This document shows, one piece after another, positions 9,401 through 18,400 of a stretch of DNA of 46,129 nt (position 1 is its first letter; every line of letters starts with the position of its first letter). Origin of the DNA: an uncultured Lentimicrobiaceae bacterium (GTDB taxonomy: Bacteria; Bacteroidota; Bacteroidia; Bacteroidales; 4484-276); the NCBI GenBank assembly GCA_964612515.1, contig CAZTCX010000006.1:1-46129 (forward strand). Reading direction: 5' to 3'. The position numbers were made by a program, and so were the translations under genes. The notes beneath the pieces were generated by a model. The model ran no database searches, was not told the DNA's origin, and was given only the letters and a program-made list of their open reading frames with translations.

Positions 9401-12400
9401 AGCTGTGAGACAAAGCTGGACAGTGCCTGCAGTCCGATCAGAAGTGCCGGGGAAGTAGCTTGTATTAATATTTGATACTGCACCAAAAGTACCGTCGCCG
9501 CTGGTATTCCACAAAACTCCGGTTTGATTTTGAGCGGTTGCGGTAAGCACTATTCCGCCGCTGTAGCAAACGGTAAGATCAGCACCTGCATCAGCAATGG
9601 CATCTTGGCAATCGGGCGTAATGGTTAGTTGCTTCTGATCGCTGGCTGCAACGGTACATGGATTAAGCGGCGCTGCCTGAAGCGTGAGAACGACTTGCTG
9701 CTGTTGCTCGTCAGGTACCGACGGCGTGTAGGTGGTGTTCAATTGATTTGCATTACCAAAAATACCACTGCCATTGGTAATCCACTGCACTGCCGTGTGG
9801 TATTGTGCGGTGGCGTCATTAATCTGAAATTGCTTTCCGGTAATCGCGACTGCATCCTGGCCGGCATTGGCTATCGGATTCTTTTGTATGCTGATGGAGA
9901 TGCAACTTGTGCTTTCCGGGCAACCCATCAATCCTTGTGCAGTAAGGCAAAGCCCGACATTACCATTAAGTTTATCGGCTGCTCCGGGAGTATATTTCGC
10001 GTTAAGCGCTGAAGTATTATTAAAACTTCCATCGCCATTGGTACTCCACGTGAGGCTGGCATAATTGGCGGCTGTAGCCGAAAGCTGTACCTGTTTGCCT
10101 GCGCAAATCTGTTGGTTATTGCCGGCGTTGACGGTGGGCATTGGTATGATATTAATTTGCAATTCACTCGTTGCATCACCACAATTTCCTGATGAAAATG
10201 CGGTGAGACTCACTTTCACGTAACCCAGCGTACGGTCAGCGGTTCCGGGGAAATAGGTTGTGTTGAGAACAGTAGCATTTGCAAAAGTTCCGTTTCCAGT
10301 GGTTTCCCAAAGCAAGCTTTCATAATTTGCAGCCTGCCCGGCAAGAAGTGCATTTTCAGTTGCACACAGGGTCAAATTATTTCCAGCATTGGCGTAAGCT
10401 GACGGAATAAGCGTAAGGGTGAAATTGCTTTGTGCCTGCTGGCATCCCGATAGCCCGGCAGCCGAAAGGGTTAAGGTTACCATGCCTGCCGTCGCATCAT
10501 TGCTACCCGCATAATAGGTTGCGTGAAGCATCGAGGCATTGTCAAAAGTACCATCACCATTGGTTGACCATAAGAGAGCTGAATAATACGTAGCGGTAGC
10601 ATTGGTATTAATGAAGGGATCGCTGGCGCAAATGGTAGCATTGCTGCCGGCAAAAACCACTGCAGCTTTATTGATGGTAACGGTAAGCGTGTCGCTTACG
10701 GTTCCACAGGTGGCATTGGTAGCTTTAAAAACCAACTTTACTTCACCCAGTTGTTTATCCAGGCCACTAAAGAAGTATTTGGGGGTTTGACTTGTGGTTG
10801 GAGAAAAATAACCCGTTCCCAGGGTCACCCACTGAAACGACTGATAGTTCTGTGCCTGTCCGTTTAGCTGAACAAAAGAGTTGGTTGTACATGCAGAAAT
10901 ATCTGCTCCGGCATCAACAATTGGCGGGGTCCCAAAAGTAATCGTAAGACAATCGGTAGCATCATTGCAATCTCCGCTGGCAAAAGCAGTAAGACAAAGC
11001 TGAACATTGCCATTTACTATGTCAGCCGCGCCGGGTAAATAAGTGGTATTAATATTTGTTGCTGAAGCAAAAGTGCCGTCACCATTTGTAGTCCACAAAA
11101 CTCCGGTTTGATTCTGTGCTGTTGCGCTTAGCGCAATGGAACCGCCGGAGCAAAAAGTAATGTCAGAACCTGCATTAACAATAGCATCCTGGCAATTGGG
11201 TGTAATGGTCAATTGCTTCTGATCGCTGGCTGCAACTGTACACGGATTGAAGGGTGCTGCCTGCAGTGTAAGAATGACCTGCTGTTGTTGCTCGTCAAGT
11301 ACTGATGGCGTGTAGGTGGTATTTAATTGATTGGCATTACCAAAAATACCACTGCCATTGGTCAGCCATTGCACTGCCGACTGGTATTGTGCGGTGGCAT
11401 CATCAATCAGATATTGCTGGCCGGTAACAGCCATTGCATCCTGGCCGGCATCGGCCGTTGGATTGTAGCGTATCTCTAGCGTGGTGCAACTGATATTTTC
11501 GGGACAGCCCATCAATCCTTGCGCGGTAAGACATAACTCGACGCTGCCGTAAAGCAGATCGGTTGTTCCGGGAGTGTATTTAGCTTGCAACAGTGTTGCA
11601 TTATCAAAAGTACCGTCGCCTTCAGAAGTCCAATGCACGCTGGCATAATTTGCGGCTGTGCCCTGAAGCACATAAGAATTACCGGCACACACGGCGGCAT
11701 TGTTTCCGGCGTTCACTTGTGGAACCGGAACAAAAGTTACTTTAATGCAATCGCTCGCCGGCAGACATTCTCCATAGCCTTGAGCATTCAAACACAAAGT
11801 TACGCTGGGAGCAGAGGCATCGCCAGATCCCGGATAATAAATAGGCTGCGGTGTGTCGCCATCGGTAAATACGCCATCACCAGAAGTAGTCCAGGTGAGG
11901 GATGCATAATTGCTTGCCGTGCCAAAAAGCGGCAGACCAACAGTGCTGCAAACGGTCATGTCGTTTCCAGCCCACACTTCAGGCATGTCGTCAAAATAAA
12001 GTACAATCTGATCACTGGCTGAAGTGCACGTTTCATAAGCTGCTACTGACATGGTCAGGGTTACTGATCCATTGTCGAGATCCTGCTCTGAAGGATAATA
12101 CTGGGGACGGCTTATGTAATTATAGTCGAAAGTTCCGCTACCATTGCTTGTCCACAGGACACTGCTGAAGTTTTTGGCCACTGCTTCTGCAAGGAGTACC
12201 GAAGAAGTTTCAAGTTCCTTACACAGATGCATATCAGCTCCTGCAAATGCCGTAGCATCGATACAATCTCCCACAAAATTTATAGCTACCATATCTTCAT
12301 CAGCAATCTGGCATGGGGTGATAGGGGAAACAGCTATGAAAATAAAAATCTGCCCCTGCATAATGTCCATTGGCGATGCGTAGTAGGTTGGATGCAAAAT

Positions 12401-15400
12401 ACTTTCGCTGTCGAACATACCCATTCCGTTGGAAGTGTACCATTGTATGGTTTCGAAATTCTCAGCATACGATTGTGTCAGGTGATAGCCTTCGCTGATG
12501 GGCACAGTATTATCCGATCCTGCAAATGCCAGCGGTGGCTTTTGGAATGTCAGCGTAATGTAATCGCTAATGCTCTGGCCATCGTTGCCAAAGGCTTTCA
12601 GGCAAAGCGTTGCCTGGCCGTTGTAAATCTCACCAGAACAGGGAGTATAAATAGGATTAAGTATTGAAGCATTACTAAAGGTTCCGTTTCCACTGGTGCT
12701 CCATTGCAATGTGGCGTAGTTGATGGCCTGAGCAGCCAATTGTATATTTTGACCTGAACAAACCACAGCATCTTCTCCCGCATCTACCATAAGATCCAGA
12801 ATGTTGATGGTCAACAGCATCGCATCACTTACAGGCAATGTGCATGGATTTTTGGGCAAAGCGTTAAGCGTAAGCGTCACCGGTTGGTTCTGATAATCTG
12901 CTTGCGACGGAGTATAAATCGTCACTGCCTGCAGTGGGTTAGTAAAAGTTCCGCTTCCCGAAGTGCTCCATTCTATCCAGGAATAATGCTGGGCATTGGC
13001 CAAAAGGGTCTTATAGCTGCTGCCCTGATCGATGGTGGCATCGTTGCCGGCAAATACCACGGGGTTCTTTTCTATGGTGAGCAGCAGACAACTGGAAGCG
13101 TTTCCGCAACCCGACAATCCCTGCGCATTCAGGCAAATTTCGACACTTCCCGCGGCAATATCCTGACTTCCGGGATGGTATTGCGCATTAGCGCCCTGTC
13201 CATTTGTAAAAGTACCATCGCCATTTGTGATCCAAAGCAGTGAGCTATAGTGTGCAGCAATTCCCGTAAGCAGAAGCGAACCACCTTGACAAATGGCAGC
13301 ATCCGCTCCCGCAAATACTGTAGGAAGTGCTATGATATTAATGTCGGTGCAATCAGTTGCATTGCCGCAGGGCGTCGTGCCTTTAGCCGTCAGGCAAAGA
13401 GTGACAATTCCTGCAGCTATGTCAGCAGTGCCGGGTGTGTATTTCGCGTTAAGCGCAAAAGGATTATTAAAAACGCCGTCGCCACTGGTGTTCCAAATTA
13501 TGCCGGTATGATGGGTGGCTGTAGCCGAAAGCTGTACCTGACTGCCTTCACAAATCTGCTGGTTGTTGCCGGCGTTGGCAGTGGGCATTTTTATGATATT
13601 AATTTGCAATTCACTTGTTGCGTCGCCGCAATTCCCTGATGAGAATGCCGTAAGGCTAACTTCTACATAGCCTAAAGCACGGTCAGCTGCTCCCGGAAAA
13701 TAGGTGGTACTGAGGTTGGCAGCGTTGGCAAAAGTACCATCGCCAATAGTTTCCCACAATAAACTTTCGTAATTAGAAGCCTGACCCGCAAGAGCTGCGG
13801 TCTGCGTAGCACAAATGGTCATGTCATTTCCTGCATTGGCGATAGCAGACGGAATAAGCGTAAGCATGAAACTGTTTTGTGCCTGCTGGCATCCCGACAG
13901 TCCGACGGCAGAAAGCGTCAAAGTTACCGTGCCTGTTGTTTTATCATTTGTACCAGCATAATAAGTTGCGTGAAGCAATGAGGCATTATTAAAAGTCCCA
14001 TCGCCGGTGGTTGACCAGAGGAGCGCCGTATAATTCGTAGCGGAAGCATTGGCGATGGTAAACGGCTGGCTGGCGCAGACGGAAGCATTGCCACCAGCAT
14101 ATACTGTTGGAGGAGTATTGATGGTTACGGTGAGCGTATCGCTCACGGTTCCGCAAGTGGCATTGGTAGCTTTGAAGACTATCTTTACCTGGCCCAATTG
14201 TTTATCTAGGCCGCTAAAGAAATATTTGGGAGTAAGACTTGTGGGCGGAGAAAAATAACCTGTTCCCAGCGTCACCCACTGGAAAGACGTATGATTTTGC
14301 GGCTGACCAATTAAATTTACAAAAGAGCCTCCACAGACTGTAATATCGGATCCGGCATTTGCGATGGGCGCTTTGCCAAAAGTAACATTGAGGCAATCGG
14401 TGGCGTCGTTGCATTCTCCATTTGCGAAAGCGGTAAGGCAAAGCTGAACATTGCCAGTTGCAATATCGGCGGTACCGGGATAATAAGTGGCGTTAATATT
14501 TGTGGCATCATTAAAGGTGCCATTGCCTGAGGTTGTCCAAAGCACAGAAGTTTGGTTTTGGGCTGTTCCGCCAAGGGTTACGTTGGATGTTTCGCAAACT
14601 GTCCGGTCAGATCCAGCATTGGCCACAGCGTCTTCGCAACCATTTACGAAAGTGATTACCATCTCATCCTGAATGTTGCCAACGCAAGGATTTTGTGCAT
14701 TAGCAATCAGCTTTAGCGTCACCACCTTATTTTGATAATCCGCTTGTCCGGGTGTGTAAATAGTCGATAATGCCGAAGGGTTAGCAAAAGTGCCGTCGCC
14801 GGAAGTACTCCACAGCAACGATGAATAATTATTGGCCTGAGCCGCATTTGTATTATAAAGATCTCCGATGATGAGTGTTAAATCATTCCCTGCGTAGATA
14901 TTGGGCATCGGTTGCAGATGCAAAGTCATGCAATCATTGACGATGGGACAGCTCTGGATGCCGTCGGCGCTAAGGCACAACTGCACCGTTCCGGCGGTTT
15001 TATCGGCTATGCCCGGAAAATATTGGGTCTGCCGTTGGTTGGGATTGGCAAAACTTCCATCTCCTGAGGTTGTCCATTGCAGCGTTTCGGCATTGGTGAC
15101 TACTCCGTTTGTATTAAATGATTGATTAACACAGATCGTTGCATCAACTCCTGCATTCACCGTTGCCGGTGTGAGAAGGACGATTTTGATCTGATCAGTA
15201 GCATCATCGCAAACGCCGTTGGCTTTCGCCAGAAGATTTAATAATACAAAACCATTTTGGGCGTCGCCGGCTCCGGGGGTATAGGTGGGGCGCAACAGGC
15301 CGCTATTGCTGAAGGTGCCGTCGCCTTGCGTGCTCCAAAGCAGTGATGCGTAATTCTGTGCTGTTGCCGACGACAAAGCGACAGGTGTGCCTGGATTGAA

Positions 15401-18400
15401 ACAGATTTGCTGATCGGCTCCGGCATAGGCAGTAGCATTTTCACATCCGGAGGTAATGGTAAGATTCATTTCGTCGAAAGACGCCGTAACACAAGGATTG
15501 ATGGGTAATGCTGTTAGTTTCAGAACCACAACTTGAGTGTTATAATCGGCTTCCAGCGGTGTGTAGGTTGCCGTGAGGGAGTTTGCATTTTGAATAGTTC
15601 CGGCGCCATTGGGCGTAGTCCAAAATATGCTACTGGCGTTTGTTGCCGATGCACCATTAATCGTAAAACTACTTCCGAGTGCCACTTGCCCATTGTTACC
15701 TGCATTTACCACAGGGTTTCTGGTAATGGAAACCGTGAGGGAGCCAGATGCGTTGCTACAGGTATTTCCTGAAATAGCTGTGAGTTGAAGCACAACCTGA
15801 CCATTGGCAATGTCGAGGTTGCCCGGTGTGTAGGTAGTTGATAATGCTGATGCGTTGGCAAAAGTGCCATTCCCGTTCGTACTCCAGATAACAGATTGTG
15901 CATTGGTAGCGGTTCCGCTAAGTTGTACATTTTGCTGTTCACAGACGGTTATATTACTGCCGGCATTAACAACCGGCGAAGTCGATAAAGTGACCAGTCT
16001 GCTATCCTCAGCGGTGGTCTGGCAGGGCGACTTAGGTAAAGCTCTCAGCGTAAGCGTAACACCTCCGGCTGCCACATCCTGATTGGATGGATTGTAAGTT
16101 GTACTGCGGGCGTTTTTATTTGCAAAAGTACCGTTACCGCTTGTTTCCCACACTGTAGAATTATAGTTGGATGCAGTGCCGCTTATCGCAATGGGCTGTC
16201 GTTCGCAGGAAGCAATATCGTTACCTGCGTTACTCACCGGATTTTTAAATATTGTAACCACGAGTTGATCAGCAGCAGAAACTGTACAGGGCTGCTGGGC
16301 GCCTGCTGTTAAAGTTAGTGTAACGGTTCCCAGTTGTATGTCGTTGTTTCCGGGATTATAGCTGGTTGCTAATTGTTGCGCATTTGAAAAACTCCCATCT
16401 CCCGATGTCGTCCAAAGGACGCCGCTGTTGTACTGCACACTTCCACTAACTGATACTTGTGTCCCCTGACAGGCTGTGACGTCATTTCCTGCATTTGCAA
16501 GTGGTGCGTGCTTTATCTGTATAGTCTTGTTCATGACGGCATTTCCTGAGCAAGGTGAAACAGAAGATGCTGTGAGGGTAAGCTTCACGCTACCATTGGC
16601 TATGTCCTGCGAACCCGGTGTATATTGCGGGTTTAGAATCGAAGGATTACTAAATGCTCCGTCGCCGGTGGAAGTCCATAATAATGAGCCATAGTTTGAA
16701 GCTGATGCTGATAAACTGATGGGTTGCGTTTGGCAAACCGATGCAGGTGCAGTAATCTGATTAACTACAGCCGGCTTGAGGATAGTCACAATTTTTTGAT
16801 CAGCATTTCCATTTACGAAAGGGGGCTGACCAAAGGGTGTTAGTGAAAGGAATACTTGTCCGGCGGTCACATCAGCAGCCGAGGGCGTATATTGTGTGGA
16901 TAGCTGAGTTGCATTAGCAAATGTACCGCTGCCGGAAGTGGACCAAAGCACAGAAACATAGTTTGTAGCACTGCCCTGCAATGTAACCTTGGTGGCACCA
17001 CAAATAGTAACGTCGGGACCAGCGTTGGCAACTGCTCCTTCTACAAAACTAACCAACAGGCCATCCTCAGCGGGTGTGGTACAAGGAGCCAATGGATTTG
17101 CCTTCAGAGTGAGAAACACCGATTTATTATTTAAATCACCTGCTCCAGGAGAATAGCTGGTTACAGCCTGCTGCGCATTGGCAAATGTGCCGTCGCCTGC
17201 AGTCGACCATAGGAGTGAAGAATAGGATGATGCAGTGCCATTAAGTGGAACTATTGCGGTATTTAGGGTTGCGAAATCCTCTCCGGCATTTACTACCGGA
17301 TCGGGATTAACCCAAAGATCCATTCTGTCAAATTTGACTCCTACACAAGGTTCAATAGAAGTCACGTAAATGGTAAGTCGTGGTTTACCATTGATTTTGT
17401 CGTTAGGCCCGGGGGTGTAAGTAGTTACCAGTTGGGTATCGTCCACAAAGGTACCATCTCCACTGGTGTACCACTTCACCGTACTTTGATAAGAAGCAGT
17501 AGCACAGGTGGTAAAAGTTTCATTAGCGCAAATGGTAGCATCATCACCGGCATAACATATTGCAGGTTTATTGATCTGGAGGAATGTTTCTTTTACTATC
17601 GAAGCATCGCAAGGTGGCTGGCCATAACCTGTAAGTGTAAGCTTCACCGTGGAGTGAGAATTAGCGTAAGTACCCGGAGTGTAGGTGGTAACAAGTGATG
17701 TAGGATTACTAAAAGTTCCATTGCCAGCCGTTTGCCACAACAATCCCGACACATTACTGGCAGTCGCTTCAATATCAACGGGCACGCCCTGACAGGTAAA
17801 AAGATCCTGAGGAACTACAACAATAGGAGAGGGGAAAAGTGTTATTTCCATCTGGTCGGTAGCCTGGGCGGTACACGGTGCCATAGGCTGGCACGCAATG
17901 CTAAGAATAACTCCATTGTTATTAAAATCGCCATTGCCGAAATAGTAAATTGTATTGGCCGTATTACTATTTTCGAAAGTGCCATCGCCGGATGTTGACC
18001 AAAAGACATTAGAAACATTCTGAACTACCGGCGAAAGCAAGATTTGATTAATACCGCAAGTTGCAATATCCTCCCCAATGTTTACAAAAGCAGATTTACT
18101 TACGCAGATGCCAATAAAACTGGTGGCGGTAGCAGTACCCAAGGTAGCCTTTACTTTAAAAATTTTATCTTCAGTTACAGAAACTGATGGATTTTTAAGA
18201 GAAGAGGTAAATCCCGGGGGGATGGATGTCCAGTTGTAGGTTATGTTTCCTGACCCGGTAATAATTTCCGCATTCAGAGAGGCAGTGCCCTGATCACAAA
18301 ACAACTCCTGATTAGCCGCGGCCCGAACGATTACATCCTCAAAGCAGTTCATCTTGATGAGTTTAATCAGGTTCAACGGATACCATTTGTTACTCATCGT

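Larger units (their letters stand above)
4847..18091 (-). repeat. Tandem array of ~50 in-frame coding modules (86-93 aa, ~258-279 nt period), aa 281-4695
   Basis: I counted 50 occurrences of the W-x-(T/S)-x-G-x-G-x-F core, each preceded by an AG-x-(D/N) start motif. Module boundaries were counted residue by residue for modules 15-38 and 46-51. Confidence 0.85.

Noticed and set aside
4847-18091. Regular periodic repeats that might suggest a CRISPR array or satellite DNA.
   Set aside because: The period is ~258-279 nt and is in-frame coding sequence with diverged copies. There are no short identical direct repeats separated by unique spacers and no cas genes.
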